Shown one piece after another: positions 12,470 through 25,994 of a stretch of DNA of 64,000 nt. The position numbers and the translations under genes were made by a program. The stretch spans positions 124,620,001 through 124,684,000 of the forward strand of contig NC_082714.1 of the NCBI RefSeq assembly GCF_030144855.1, in the 5' to 3' direction. This DNA comes from Hypanus sabinus (Eukaryota). The first letter of the stretch is position 1. Each line of letters begins with the position of its first letter. Under the pieces are notes generated by a model. That model was not told the DNA's origin. It made no database searches and saw nothing but the letters and a program-made list of their open reading frames with translations.

Positions 12470-12780
12470 TTAAGAATATTTCATTGGAGTTTAGATGGGT
12501 TGTTCTATCAAGAAAGATTAAACAGGCTCATAACCTACTCACTGAAATTTTGAATACTGAGAGGTGAATTTTAATGTACATATGACATATAAAATCCTTG
12601 GGGGAACGGCAGATAAAGTAAAAGCTTTGAGGATGTTTCCTCCAATGGGAGAGTTCAGAACTATAGGTGAATGGTCTTAGCATATGGGCTATCCAATTAA
12701 GACCAAGATGAGGAAGAATTCCTTCATTTGGAGATTTATTTGGACTTCTTTGCCACAGGGAACTGTGGGGGAACAGTCAA
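12470..12780 (+). mobile_element. CR1 3' fragment
   Basis: Degenerate CR1 ORF2 end (atgaggaagaattccttc...). Confidence 0.6.
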
Positions 12781-12789
12781 AACATAGCA

Positions 12790-13030
12790 GATACTTTCTT
12801 CTCCAGTCCTTGCCCTTTCCCACCCACCTGGCTTCATCCATCACCTCCCAGCTAGCCTTTTCCCCTCTCCCACCTTTTTATTTTGGTATCAACCCTCTTC
12901 CTTCTCAGTCCTGACCCAAAAGGTCGACTGTTTAATATTTTCCATAGATACTGCCTGACCTGCTCAGTTCCTCCAGCATTTTGTGTGTATTGCTTAGGAT
13001 TTCCAGCATCTGCAGATCCTCTTGTCTTTG
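12790..13030 (+). mobile_element. Penelope-like 3' terminal fragment
   Basis: Pyrimidine-rich UTR followed by the family terminus ...ttccagcatctgcagat; hammerhead core partly deleted. Confidence 0.75.
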
Positions 13031-13059
13031 TGATTATCCTTCCAGGAAGGGAGAACATT

Positions 13060-15170
13060 CAAGATTTAAGATTTATGATTGTTTAATGTCATTTCCTGTA
13101 CACAAGTATAAGGAGACTGAAATAATTGTTCTGACAGATCTGATCTACACGAAAAACCACAAAAAGAATACATTAATTATAATAAAAATAAATAAAAATA
13201 AATAAAAATACATAGGATAGCTTATATACATAGATTGATTGTATGTACATAAAGTGACACCAGGAAGTACATAAGGTGACAAATGGGAAATAATAAATCA
13301 GTGGTTGAACTTGTAGGTTTAGGTGTTGATCAGTCTTACTGCTTGGGGAAAGTAACTAGTTTTGAGTCTGGTGTTCCTGGCAAGGATGCTACATAGTCTC
13401 CTCCCTGAAGGGAGTCAAACAAACAGTACATGAGCAGAATGGGTAGGATCCTTTGTGATGTAACTGGCCCTTTTCTGGCACCCTTCTATATATTTGTCCT
13501 TGATGGTGTGTAAGCTGGTGCTGGTGGTGTGTTGTGCAGTCTTGACTAACCGTCTGCCGCAGTGCAGTTTCCGTACCGTGCAGTGATGCAAATTGTTAGG
13601 ATGCTCTCATATACACAAGTATAGATGTGCAAAATCCGGCTCTCTTCAGCCTTCTCAGAAAGCAAGGGCATGGTGAACTTTCCTACTTGTGTATAGTGTG
13701 CTCTGGGACTGAGAGGCCGTGTGAGATGTGCACTCCCAGGAGTTTGAAACTACATGCAGTTTCCGTTGCTGAGTGGCCGATGAAAAAGGGCGTGAGTGGT
13801 GCGAGCTCTCCTCAAGCTGATAACCATCTCCTTTGTTGACATTGAGGAAGAGGCTTTTTTGCCTGGCACCAGGCCTCAGGCTCTTCCACCTCCTCTCTGT
13901 AGGCCACGTACAGCGGTGGGCTCAGCACACAGCCCTGGGGTCACTCCTGACAGGGAGGGAGGAGCAGTTGTACATCCTGACTATCTGATGTCTGTTGGTA
14001 AGGAAGTCCAACACCCAGAGATCTATTTAGACCAAAGAGTAGGAGTAGGTGTCCAGAAACAATGTTCTGACATAAGTGTCCTTGTTTTCTAGGTGTGTCA
14101 GACCAGGTGCATCTGTTGTAGAGTGATTCTAACAGTAAGCATATTGGTGAGTGTCCAGTGTGGAATGAATGGAGATTTTAATGTGTGCCATTAGCAGCCA
14201 TTACAAGCACTTTATCAAGATTGACACAGGTGCCACTGGGCAATAGTTCAAAGGTGTGGAGTTCTTTGCTGCAGGGATGATGGTGGCTGATTTGAAGCAG
14301 CAGCCTGGATGGATGAAGTGTTGAAGATGCCCATGAATCTGTCAGGTTGCTTGTGTGCACATTCCCCGAGTACCTGGCCTGGGATGTTGTCTCTCCCAGC
14401 CACCTTATGGGTGTTGGCTCTTTGCAGAGTCCTTCCCACGTCTGCTGCTGATAAGATAGTGGCTGCTCTTCTGGGCTGGGGGTATAGTTTTTGCCACCAG
14501 CATTGTGTTGCATGGTTTGAAGCATAAATAAAAGTTGCTTAGAGTGTCAGGGAGGGAGGCGTCGCTGGTCAATGCTGCTTTTCCTTGTGTAGTCTGTAAT
14601 TCCCTTGATGCCCAGCCATGTATGCTGGAGAGCATTAATGTTTTGTGCAGAGGCATTCTTTGTCCTCTTGATGCTCAAGTTAAGATTTCTCCTGGTTGCT
14701 CTGAGAGCTGTTCTATTACCAGACTTTCCAGGCTCTTAGTAAGGAGCACACCTCTGCATTCAGCCAGTGTTTCTGGTTGGGCCCTGAGATGACTGTTCTT
14801 GAGGTACCAACATTGTCAGCACATTTACTGATGCAGCTGAAGCTTATTCCTTGAGGTCTGTGCCTACTCTGTTTGTAGTACCTCCTTGAACATCCACTAG
14901 TTGGTCCATTCAAAACCACCCTGAAGCCTAGAGATTGCTTCATTAGGCCAAATAGTGATGGTGCTCTTGACTGGTTTACCCATATTCAGCACTGGTTGGT
15001 ATGCTAGGATTAACAATACAAACACCTGGCCAGGGATGAGGGTGTGAGATGACTCTGATGAGTAAATCTGTTTGTATAAACATGGTCCAGTCTGTTTATT
15101 ACCCTTGTGGCAATCACAAGGGATTGGTGGAATTTGGGTAAAATGTCTGGCTTGGTGCCACAGTAGCATA
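13060..15170 (-). mobile_element. Rex1/Babar-like LINE, decayed
   Basis: NQKHWLNAEV and KVAGRDNIPGQVLGECA motifs; 3' tail near 13060. Confidence 0.75.
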
Positions 15171-15440
15171 GTTAGTGATTAGTGTGACACTATTTCAGAG
15201 CTTGGGCCATTCCAGAGTTCCCAGTTCAACTATGACCCCCTTCTGTAAGGAGTCTCTGTATGTCCTCTCCATTATGTGTGTGCTTTCCCCTGGGCGCTCC
15301 AGTTTCCTCTCACAGTCCAAAGGCACGTTAGTGATTCATTGTAAATAGTGCCGTGATTAGGTTAGGGTTAATCGGTGTTGTGGGGTTGCTGGGGTGGCAT
15401 GGCTTGAAGGGCCTACTCTGCTCTGTATCCCTGAATAAAT
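15170..15440 (+). mobile_element. tRNA-derived SINE (HE1/V-SINE-like)
   Basis: Same core as the copy at 7410-7650. Confidence 0.7.
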
Positions 15441-15877
15441 TTTTAAAAGGTTACCTTGATTTAAGTCTCCTGCAAATATTAAGAGACCATCCCAAAGCTG
15501 GTTTTGTAGAGGACCCGGTAGCTCTTACAGTGTGTTTTTGGCATTTGCACTCGGGGGCGGGGGGAGGGGGCGGTGGGAGATGTAGACAGTGGCGCTGAAC
15601 ACAACAGTATCTCCATGAAGTAGAGATAACCAAAGGCTACTCATCAATTTAGAGATACATAGCTGGAGTCAGAGTCTGATCTCAGAATCACTTACATCCA
15701 GCTCCCTCTGCTGTGCTGTTTGGGGAAATTACATTCAGTTTAAAATGTGGAATGCCGTTTCTGAGGAATCCTCCTCAGTCGGCATTGGTGGAAGAACCAT
15801 TTTCTAAGATCCAGTCAGGGTTGTTAGCCCTGAGCTGAACCCCCGAACTCGGGGTTTTCAAGAAAATTATTACCATA

Positions 15878-16375
15878 TAACAATTACAGCACGGAAACAG
15901 GCCACCTAAGCCCTTCTAGTCCGTGCTGAAAGCTTACTCTCACCTAGTCCCACCGACCTGCACTCAGCCCATAACCCTGCATTCCCTTCCTGTCCATATA
16001 CCTATCCAATTTTACTTTAAATGACAATATCGAACCTGTCTCTACCACTTCTACTGGAAGCTCGTTCCATACAGCTACAACTCTCGGAGTAAAGAAATTC
16101 CCCCTCATGTTACCCCTAAACTTTTGCCCCTAACTCTCATGTCCTCGTTTGAATCTCCCTTACTCTCAATGGAAAAAGCCTATCCATGTCAACTCTACCT
16201 ATCCCCCTCATAATTTTAAGTACCTCTATCAAGTTCCGACTCAACCTTCTACACGCCAATGAATAAAGACAATGAATGTTCAACCTTTCCCTGTAACTTA
16301 GGTGCTGAAACCCAGGTTACATTCTAGTAAATCTCCTCTCTACTCTCTCTATTTTGTTGACATCTTTCCTATAAT
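15878..16375 (-). mobile_element. CR1 3' fragment
   Basis: Well-preserved CR1 ORF2 end and 3' UTR in reverse orientation. Confidence 0.8.
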
Positions 16376-17371
16376 TCAGAGAACTGGTCCTCCGGTTGAG
16401 ATTCTAAGCTGGAATAAGACCAATCTTGATGGCATCAGATCTGGCAGGCATGGATTGGGATAGTTAGTTTACCAGCAAAGAGGTGCTTGGTTAAATGGGA
16501 GGCTTTCAAAAGAGAAACATTGAGAGTACATTATCTGTATACTCTTGTTTGAATGAAAGGCAAAGCTAACAGGTTTAAGGAACCTTGGTTATTAAGGGAC
16601 ACTGAGGCCCTGGTAATAATGTCTGTGGGTCTCATTTGCCACCACAAAACCAAGTGGAAGTAAATCACATTTACTTGAAAGAGAGTATTTGAGGAAAATC
16701 AATGTAGATAAATTTATGTGAAAATCAGGTATCACTTGAGGAAATAGAGAATAAAAGAATAAAAGATCAGATGTGCACAGATAGGGGGAAGCTTGAACAG
16801 TTCTCACATGGTTTGGCTGTGGGACTGGAGGTTGTCATTGTTTATTCCTATGGTTGTGTTGCATTCCTGAGGATAGAATAACAAATTTCTTTCTACTCAG
16901 AAGCTGACACTGCCCTAGTGAAGATGTTTTATAAAAGTACCAATTAAGTCATGAAAGAGTGAACTTTACGCATATAAAACAAACTTATTAGTAGTAATAA
17001 AGAAGCATTAGCCAATTCAGTTCATACCTGAAATCCAACTAATATTTTATTGATCTTTTCAAAAGCTATTTCAAGCTGGGCATTAATACAAATTACAAGG
17101 CATTATAATGGGGATTTAATCAAAAGTAATTATATCCATTACCAAACATCAAGATTTAAGTGCTGTAATAATCTTCAGATAAATATTTATTTGATATAGT
17201 GGGTACCTTAGTATGTTAGATCTGCTAATATAATTCCCACCCCAACATATTTTTACGTGTAACTGATGGATCATCAAAAGTGCACAGGAAAGATTTAATT
17301 ACATATAAAACCTATAGGGCAGTACTCATTCGATGAACTTCAACTGTTACTTTGTGAGAAAAATTAGTTCC

Positions 17372-17449
17372 CTAATATCTCATACTTCTATCTTGAAGTG
17401 ATAGTTCAATGGCTTCCTGGAGCATTTCATCTTCATCCACATTATAATC
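17372..17449 (-). CDS. RNF114: RNF114 coding exon 6 (UIM, stop)
   Basis: Encodes DYNVDEDEMLQEAIELSLQDRSMRY*. Total CDS 684 nt, 227 aa; all intron phases are consistent. Confidence 0.92.
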   Translation of the reverse strand, partial: DYNVDEDEMLQEAIELSLQDRSMRY

Positions 17450-18390
17450 CTGTTTAAAAAAAAAGGAGTATATTATACAGTCATTCGCTTAACAACTTGG
17501 TAGTTATTGAGAGGTATAGATCGCACAGCTATTGATGAGGGCTTTGGTTCGATAAATTCTTTGGATGAAAGGCAAAATGAAAACCAAATCTAATTTAAAA
17601 ACAATTTACAAACAAGGTCAGTTTAAACTGTGACATTCACACAGGACCACACCCAAAGTGGCAACCGAACAAGTTTGTGTTTAAATTATGCCTTTCAGAT
17701 AGGACTACACCCAAATAGTTGAAAACCAATTTAGTACCTGTCAATTGCATTTATAATTATGTAAGGAATATAAGCAACTAGATATCTAGATAATCAGTTA
17801 GGTTGTTGATTAATGGACAAATGCCAGCAAAATATTACTGTATTATCTTAGGTCATTGAGAAGCCAGGCAGAATCTCTATTTATTTCTTTTGAAAGATGG
17901 TATTCTAAAGTGCAGCACTGTGAAGAAGCATTACACTGTACTTAAGTGTGAGGCTTCAGAAAAATAACACTCCACACCTGCTACACTCAAGCGATCAACA
18001 TGGAACTGCCTATGGGAAATTCCAGATCTCCTGCCATAGAGACACATTGGAACATTGTTGTTTAGCATAAGAAACAAACACAAGTTATGAGAAATAGATT
18101 ATTAGCAACCTCAAAAGGGGGTCACAATTATATCCTCTGATCTCTATGACAAAGGGAAGGGCAAACACTTCCCTGCCTTCATTCCAGCCTCCAATCTTCC
18201 GTTGGAGTTTACAGCCTCTCCAAATGACCAATTTCCCAGATGTACCCTTAGATGGCACGAGTACCACCTGAATGTAAAGGGACCCCCACAGCCAAGACAT
18301 TTCACCAAGATTAGTGTAAACGTGGCCCACTGTAAGAGGGCTTTCCTTTATTATTTACACTCAAGTTATCTGAAACAAGAAAGTACATAC

Positions 18391-18498
18391 CACAAAAGTA
18401 TCATATGAAAATCTATGACGAATTTTCAAATGTTGTATCAAGTCTGCACTTTTGAAGTTTGGGTCACCCCACGGCATGGAAGAGCAAATAGGGCAAAC
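18391..18498 (-). CDS. RNF114: RNF114 coding exon 5 (second C2H2 finger)
   Basis: Encodes [36 protein letters not shown]; 108 bp, GTATGT donor. Confidence 0.95.
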
Positions 18499-18559
18499 CT
18501 TGGAAGAAATAAGAGCACAACAGTAGCTACACAGCAGGTAAATGGGTCCTCCATGCTAG

Positions 18560-19520
18560 TCTCATATGTCATGTTTGGCCCATATCCCTCTCAACCTTTT
18601 CTATCCATATACTTGCCAAAATATATCATAAACATTATAATTGTACCCACCTTTACAACTTCCTCTAGCACCTTGTTCTGTCTACCCACCACCCTCTGCA
18701 TGAGGAAATTTCTCCTTGAGTCCTTTTTAAACTTTCCTCTTTCAACTTAACCAAAAACCAAATAAACAGGAATTGCACAGTAATCATTTTCAGAGAACTT
18801 TAAAAAAGTCAATTGCAAAGATGTGTGAAGAGCAAAGGATCGGTTTAAGTTCAAATACACTGAAGTTGCTAACTTCCGGGAATTTCCTGCAAAATTAGAG
18901 TTGTGCAAAGATAAGTATTCTGCTGGAGTACTGGCAAGGTCATGTTTCCCTGATAAAATCACACACAAGATCTCATATGTGTGAATAAGGCCACCATTCA
19001 TTCTTCTAAACTGCAAAGAATACAGGCCCAAGCTATTTACTGTAGACTCTTTGATAGGACAACCCTCACAGCCCAGGAATTAGCAGGATGAATCCCTTTT
19101 GTACAGCTTCCAATGTTACTGTATCCTTTCATTTAGGTAAGAGAACTAAATATGTGCACAGTATTCCAGCTATACAACCGTAACAATATCTCTCTTATTT
19201 TTAAACTCCAACCTCTATGCAATAAAGACCAGAGTGTCATTTGTCTCAAGTATCTGTTGGACCTGTCTGCTAACTTTTTGCAATTAACTTACCAGAAATG
19301 TTTAGGTTCCTGTTTTTCACTCACTTGTAGTTTCTCTCAATCCAGAAAATAATCTACTTTTTAATTCTTACCATAGTGTATGACCTCACACTTCTATCTG
19401 TTAAACTCTATTTGTCAGTCTTTTGCTCACACATTCAAACCGTATCACAGTACATCTCTCAAAAGACCAATTTCATATTATCTACAAATCTGGAAACACT
19501 AGATTACTGTTCGTTCTTCC
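18560..19520 (-). mobile_element. Old CR1 fragments in RNF114 intron 4
   Basis: LGLYSLQFRRMNGGLI motif near 19031. Confidence 0.65.
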
Positions 19521-20930
19521 ATGTCTTCAATTCATGGAGCCAAGAAATGATCCTTGGGTTAATCCACTGGTTACCTATTGCTATGTCTATTAGTAATTAA
19601 AATCCATGTCAAGAACCATTGAGAAATAGGCCATTCCGTCCTTGGAGTTTGCTATCCTATTCAATAAGATCATGTCCATCTGTCTCCAGAAAGTTTCCCC
19701 TTCTTAATCCATTTTTAAATCCAAAAATTCCGATGCAATTCTATCAAACTTTTGCTATCCTTTTCTGTATAAAGGAAAACAACCTCAGTTACTCATATTT
19801 TCCCCCTATCTAACTGAAATTTCTAAAACCTGCCATCATTCTGGTAGGTCTCCACTAGAGACCCTCTAAGGCCTTGTCATTCTTTCAAGAGCACAACAGC
19901 AAACATTGTACACAGTACTCCAGATGTATCATGACTAATCTTTTATATTAAGATTTTTCACAATTTCCATGCTTTCTGTTAACAATATATCCTTTAGAAA
20001 TTCTCAATCTTGAGAACCTCTTATATAGTACGTACCTGCAATACAAGCTGCATGTGCATCCCCAATATTCCCATATTTCTTAGATCTCAGAAAATGGTTA
20101 TCATCACATAATGCTTTTCCCATTCTCCTTACACCGCTTCACTACGTTACACTGTAGTCCCCTGTGTCTTAGGCCTTTTGAAGGTCATTATTGCCTTAAA
20201 TTAAATTCAATCCATCACTCAAATCCAGGTACATCTGAACAATAAATGTGGGCATCAATAATGACCCTTAGAAACTTTCATCCCAACTGGAAACCTCTTC
20301 AGTTCTATACTCAGCTTTTTGTTTTTTCATCAATTTTTATCTAAACAGCTACTAGCTCAACATACATGTAGGCACTGAATTATGTATATTAACACACAAG
20401 GCACATCTGAAATAATAATCTTGTCAACATTTAGAATGGGTAAAATACAGCACAGAAGTTGTATGAAATGGATTAAATTGATTCTTAAGCACCCAATGGA
20501 AACTTATACTTTAAGAGCATGGATTAAAAAAATGCAAACAATGTTGTACTCAATGTTCAGCTGTCAATTCAAGAACAGGATAGATCTGAGCTCTAAGTAA
20601 TCCTGAGAGCAGTGATTACAAAATAAATGTCTTACATTTATTAAATCAATTAAAATGTAACTTTTGTTTTTACAAACTGAACTCAATCATCATCAATATT
20701 TAGATAAAGACACTTCAAAATAGTTTATCATATCACGGTGACTCAGAGGGCAAATATACTGCCACCAATTACATCATACCTCAAGCTAAGGGCAGTTTTG
20801 TGTTAAATTTGAATATTATAATTAAATTATATGCTCAAAAATTAAATTGTTGCTTCAAGGAAGAGCAATATTATAGCAGTAAAGTATCTTGAGTCAACCC
20901 ATTCAATAAGTTTTCTTTGTAAAATCTTAC

Positions 20931-21042
20931 CCGTTTTGCATATTCTCCAGTATGGCTTGAAATACAATGTTCAACCAAGCTGTCTTGGTCCAAGTTTTTT
21001 GCATTGCAGAATGGACAAGTAAAAGTAAATCGATTGGGCATG
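20931..21042 (-). CDS. RNF114: RNF114 coding exon 4 (Di19-type C2H2 finger)
   Basis: Encodes (S)MPNRFTFTCPFCNAKNLDQDSLVEHCISSHTGEYAKR; poly-T acceptor, GTAAG donor, 112 bp. Confidence 0.92.
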
Positions 21043-22465
21043 CTATAAAAAAAAAGGCAAAATGTATGTAGTTATAAAATCCAGTAACAAAATCCAGAAG
21101 AGGAAAAGTATAGTCTTCATTTACAACCTGTTTAGAATTAAATGATCTCAACAGCTGTAGTAGTTACAGCATTAGATGCTTTTATTGTCTGAAGGGGTGG
21201 AAAATGGGTAGAGCACCTTGTGCCACTCAATAATCACAAGATAACCCCCGTTTTGAAACTAAAAAAGTGCACAGTCTTGGCTCCAATGCACCTCCACCCA
21301 GTCTCTTATTATTATGATCACACTAATACCAATTCCAGTGTGTTTAACACATTAAGTGAAATTTCAGAAGTATTCTCAGCAGTACCATCTCCATTTCAAT
21401 TCAATTGGTATTTGTGCCAATAATAATGCTCTACCTCAACAGAACTTTTGACATAGCACAATGTTTATATGAGCCACAATATAATTTTTATATTATATAT
21501 ATAAACTTTTGCTTAAACTGAAGGCTATTTGCCATAAGGATGGAAGTCTTGAGATTTTCTTTCTGGCTCCTTTGTGCACCTGACACAGTAATGCATGGAG
21601 ATGGTCAAGTATGCCCACTGGCAACCCATGCATGTTCAAATGCAATTTCCATGCTCTTTTACCATCCCAATGGCCCACAGATAGTGCAGACCATGTTGGA
21701 AGTGCAGTTTTTCATGACAAGCAAAATCCTTTCTAATATTAAATTATGTATCCTGCCTTGTAATTTGTTGTTGAAGTATTCTGTAGCACTGAACCTTCAG
21801 TAAGTTGTTCCACTGCTCACAACTGACTTTCTACATTTTTCAGGGGGTCAAAGAGTTTCCAGCCCCATGTTTCTAAAAATAATCATTTAATTAAAAAAAG
21901 GACATCCAACTTACAAAATCCTCTGTTGAAGCTTATTGTTATTTTTTTTCCCCGTTGAAGTTTTGATGCACTGTAGTGTCTTTTTTCCTAAAACTAAACC
22001 CTAACTAGATCATTCCTGATAGGAGCAGAGTGTAAAATAAATATTTAAATATCATTGCTAAGCAGTTTGAAAAGGGAATAACATTTCTGAAATCTTCTGG
22101 CATAATTATTTCCAATGGCTGTAGTGCTGAATTAATGGGAAGTTCATAAAAAGCCTGCAAAGCAACTGCACAGTCACAAAAGTCAGATCCTGTTATAGTA
22201 TAAATACCAATCCTTGTAAAGTACAAACTGAATGGATCATCTTCTTCATAACTATAAGAATTCTTAGCCTCTTTAAACAATGAAGACAATTGCCCAACAA
22301 TCAAGCAACAAACATAAAATTCAGTCTAATAAATACTGCAGTCCATTTGTTTAAATTATCCTGAAAAGACTGCCTCTGAAAAAACAAAGCAGAACAAAAT
22401 AAGATTATAGTTCAATAGCTGTGACTTAGAATGAAAAAGAAGCTATAATACTTGAAAATAGTCAC

Positions 22466-22572
22466 CTAAGACTGGGATGCTGATCTTTCATGGAAGCTTT
22501 CACTCCCTCCGAAATAAAGTCCTGATATTTTGGACATGATGCATTATGGGATCGCAACTTATTCATGTAAAC
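22466..22572 (-). CDS. RNF114: RNF114 coding exon 3
   Basis: Not in the ORF track; hand-translated as VYMNKLRSHNASCPKYQDFISEGVKASMKDQHPSL. 107 bp with AG/GT boundaries. Confidence 0.92.
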
Positions 22573-23457
22573 CTGGATCAATTTGAAAAAAAAACATTCA
22601 AGAAAAGACAGTCACAGAGTTAATCTGCACGAATGTTGGAAAAAAATCACCTAAGAATGTCACTATCTTCAGATTGACATATCTTGCTGCATATTACACT
22701 TCTGTACGATGTCAGTTTGCAAACCCAAGTACCAAATCTATAATAAATGCAAATATAGAGTAAATTCAAGCACAGTTGCCGCTGGTTATATAACCACTTC
22801 ATCAGCTGTACTGGATACCTTCTGCCGATGTGCAAGGTGCTAGTTGAATCAAACACACTGAAAGTATTTTTAAAATACTGCATCAGAAGACACAAATAGC
22901 TTGCAATTTTCCTGAATGGGAATGAACACCAGCTCAATAGCCAAGATAATTCAACAAATTTGCTGTTTGGCTTGAAAATATAAGTGTGGTGGCTTAAACA
23001 AAGTGATGTATTTTTTGCATTATACTAGTTACATTTCTCTGAACTTCCAATGGTTATATTTCTCTTATATTTGCCATGATATGGATAAAAGCAGAAGTGT
23101 GTACCACAGAGTATTCTGCTAATTTGGTTAGTTCTTTGGATCATTAATGGAACAAATTAGGCATGGGAACTGGAGCCATTCTTCATCATTATTTTTGAAA
23201 TCAGAACTGATGCATGAGACAGTGGATGCAAGGTTGCTAACCCTTTTAAAAAAAGGTACTTACCATTTAAAAATTCTTCTGGCTGCCAGGGCCCATTCTG
23301 AAGTTATGAAATTATGGAGATTAATTAAAATGAGAATCAGCCTTCAGAGAAAAAAACTACACATTATTTAACTTCTGTTACTTTTTGCTAGTGAAACTAA
23401 TTACTGGGCGTGGGCATTCAGATGCTGTCCCATTCAAACTAAATGAGGAAAGATAAT

Positions 23458-23687
23458 AGCAACACACACAAAACGTTGGTGGAACACAGCAGGCCAGGCA
23501 GCATCTATAGGGAGAAGCACTGTTGACGTCTCGGGCCGAGACCCTTCGACCTTCCTGATGAAGGGTCTCGGCCCAAAACGTCGACAGCGCTTCTCCCTAT
23601 AGATGCTTCCTGGCCTGCTGTGTTCCACCAGCATTTTCTGTGTATTGCTTGAATTTTCAGCATCTGCAGATTTCCTCATGTTTGCCA
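23458..23687. mobile_element. Palindromic Penelope-derived short insert in RNF114 intron 2
   Basis: Inverted arms; 12-bp TSD aggaaagataat at 23446-23457 and 23688-23699. Confidence 0.85.
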
Positions 23688-24472
23688 AGGAAAGATAATG
23701 TACCTGCTATTAGCACAATATTAAATTATGTATCTCTACCACTTCAGGCACAGTTCAGGACAGATCTATTTTGACATTCAGCCTTCTGGTTAGCCATCCT
23801 TCAACACTAACAAATGGGGTATATTTTGGGTGTCTGCAATTTGCACTGAGGCTTTTGGAACAGGCACCAGCAGTAAATATCCTAAAAGGGTTCTGCTAGT
23901 TGGCATGTGTTGCCATTATAAATATATAACTGTAAATCTACCTGGCTAAAATACAAATGTTAAAGTTAAGTAGCTAATTATAGCAATTAAGACTGCAGTT
24001 AATCATTCATCTTTTTTCTCTTTGTGCTCAAGAGGTACAAAACATTGCACTGGTAGAGTGAGATGCTCTAGGATTCTCTCCTTCTCTCTCCTCCTCTCCT
24101 GAAGGTTTGCTGTGTAAATAAAGTTCTTTTTATATATTTCCCAATTATAGCTTCCGTGTGGCTGTTTTAGTGAAACACGACACCTGCTCTCAAGAACCTG
24201 CCAGCCCTTCTTGGATAAAATGGTTAAAGGCATCCAGACACATATGTTATGGCCTGTTATTTTTAAAAATTAATCCTGTAAAAATGAATGGTGTCATATA
24301 TTTTATATGACGAGACAACATATCCTGTATTCAAAGTAGATGACATTCATCTTGTAACCCAATGAGGTATAATTTACTTCCAAAATATTAAATGCACAAG
24401 CCAATAAAGTGATCCAGAATAATCAATCCATCCAGTCTTTCTGTTTATACCATCTAAAAAGACAGCACTGAC

Positions 24473-24623
24473 CTGAGTTCCACAGCCACTGCAGCTTGTA
24501 AGGGTGACTTCTAATTTCCTCTCAATTTCAACAGCTCTGGTTGCACCTTTCAGAGGAAAGCGACATACAGCACAAATTGGCTTTTTTGGCTTCTGGAGTG
24601 CAGATAGGCAATTGCTGCAAAAT
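24473..24623 (-). CDS. RNF114: RNF114 coding exon 2 (RING C-half, start of C2HC finger)
   Basis: Encodes (I)FCSNCLSALQKPKKPICAVCR...RAVEIERKL...SCSGCGTQ; 151 bp with AG/GT boundaries. Confidence 0.93.
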
Positions 24624-24720
24624 CTACACAAAAACAAGATTAGATTTTACTTCAGTTTGAAAAGTTAATGTACGATCAGAATCAGTTATTCAATAATGGC
24701 ACCAAATGTCAATTAAAATA

Positions 24721-24912
24721 AACACGCAAGAGATTCTGCAGATTCTGGGAATTTTGAGGAACGTGCAACAAGTCAGGCACCATCTATGAAGGGCCTAGAC
24801 CCTTCATCAGGTCACTATTGATGAAAGGTCTCAGCCTGAATGTCAACTGCCTAGTCCGCTTTGTAGATGTTGCCTGACTTGCTGAGTTATTCCAACATTT
24901 TGTGTATGTTGC
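24721..24912. mobile_element. Older palindromic Penelope-derived insert in RNF114 intron 1
   Basis: Same family sequence but more diverged; TSD not clear. Confidence 0.7.
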
Positions 24913-25369
24913 TAGTTAAAAGAAGTTTTTGAGTAACTATAGAAGTAGTAAGTGAGTTAGGAAACAGCATTGTAGACAATGAAAGTCAAAATTATTTTCA
25001 GAAGATTAACAATTCAAAGGAGAATGGATAGCACTAATTGATTAAATGCAAGACATGAAGAAGGCACCACCACTAGTTTTGAGACATAATCGTAAGAAGC
25101 AATAAATGAAAGGGCTCAATGGACAAAAACAGAGGAAGGTCAGGTTGAAATGTAGATAGAGGGAAGAGGTCAATGGCAAGAGAGATGGAAGGAAAGGGAT
25201 AGAGAGTAAGAGAGATGGCAGGATGAAGGAGAAATGGTGAAGAGAAATCTTGGTTTTCTGGAACTGGGAAATGAGTGATGGAAGTTGAGAAAAAATCATG
25301 CTGGGGATATGAGAATGTCACACAGGATTATTTTGTTTATTTATTTATTTATTGAGATATAGCATAGTG

Positions 25370-25610
25370 TAGGCCTTTCCAGCCCTTCAAGGTGAGCCAC
25401 TCAACAACTCTAACCTAATCATGGGACAATTTACAATAACCAAATAACCTTTCAACTGGTACAACTTTGGACTGTGGGAGGAAACTGAAGCATTCAGAGG
25501 AAACCCACACGGTCATGGGGAGAACATACAAATTTGTTACAAACAGTGGGAATTGAACCCAAATCGTTAGTATTGTAAAACTTTATACTAGCCACTACAC
25601 TACCATGCTG
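25370..25610 (-). mobile_element. tRNA-derived SINE
   Basis: Reverse core ctttggactgtgggaggaaac...ggaaacccac. Confidence 0.75.
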
Positions 25611-25994
25611 TTTTCTGTAAGTTTTGCCTTTAAACCTGCATTGGTCTGGTGTATGTGAGCCCCTACCCCAGTGGTAACACGATTTTTTCTATTTAGGCAT
25701 TGCAATTTTGCTCATGGTCAATTTCATTGCTGACTGCAACTACATGGATACCGAAACAGGCAATGTTCTACTCCCACCTCCACCTATTATAAAAAGTTGT
25801 CAGGGCATTCTGGGTGTGGCACCTCAGTAGAGTGCCTCATGATGATTTCTGATACCTGCTTCAATTACCTCCAGGGACTGGTGGCTCAGTGGGGTCAGTC
25901 TACACCTAGCCCAGATAGTGTGGACAGGTTGGTGGATCTAACATTATTTCACCTGTTCCTGTCATTACCAATTTTGTTTCAATAGCAGAAAGTG

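Noticed and set aside
22651-22737. Possible 87-bp poison exon upstream of RNF114 exon 3 (AG...CTTAG|GTGA, in-frame TGA)
   Set aside because: The acceptor has a weak pyrimidine tract and there is no homology; the 10-bp match to the exon 3 donor may be chance. Needs RNA-seq.
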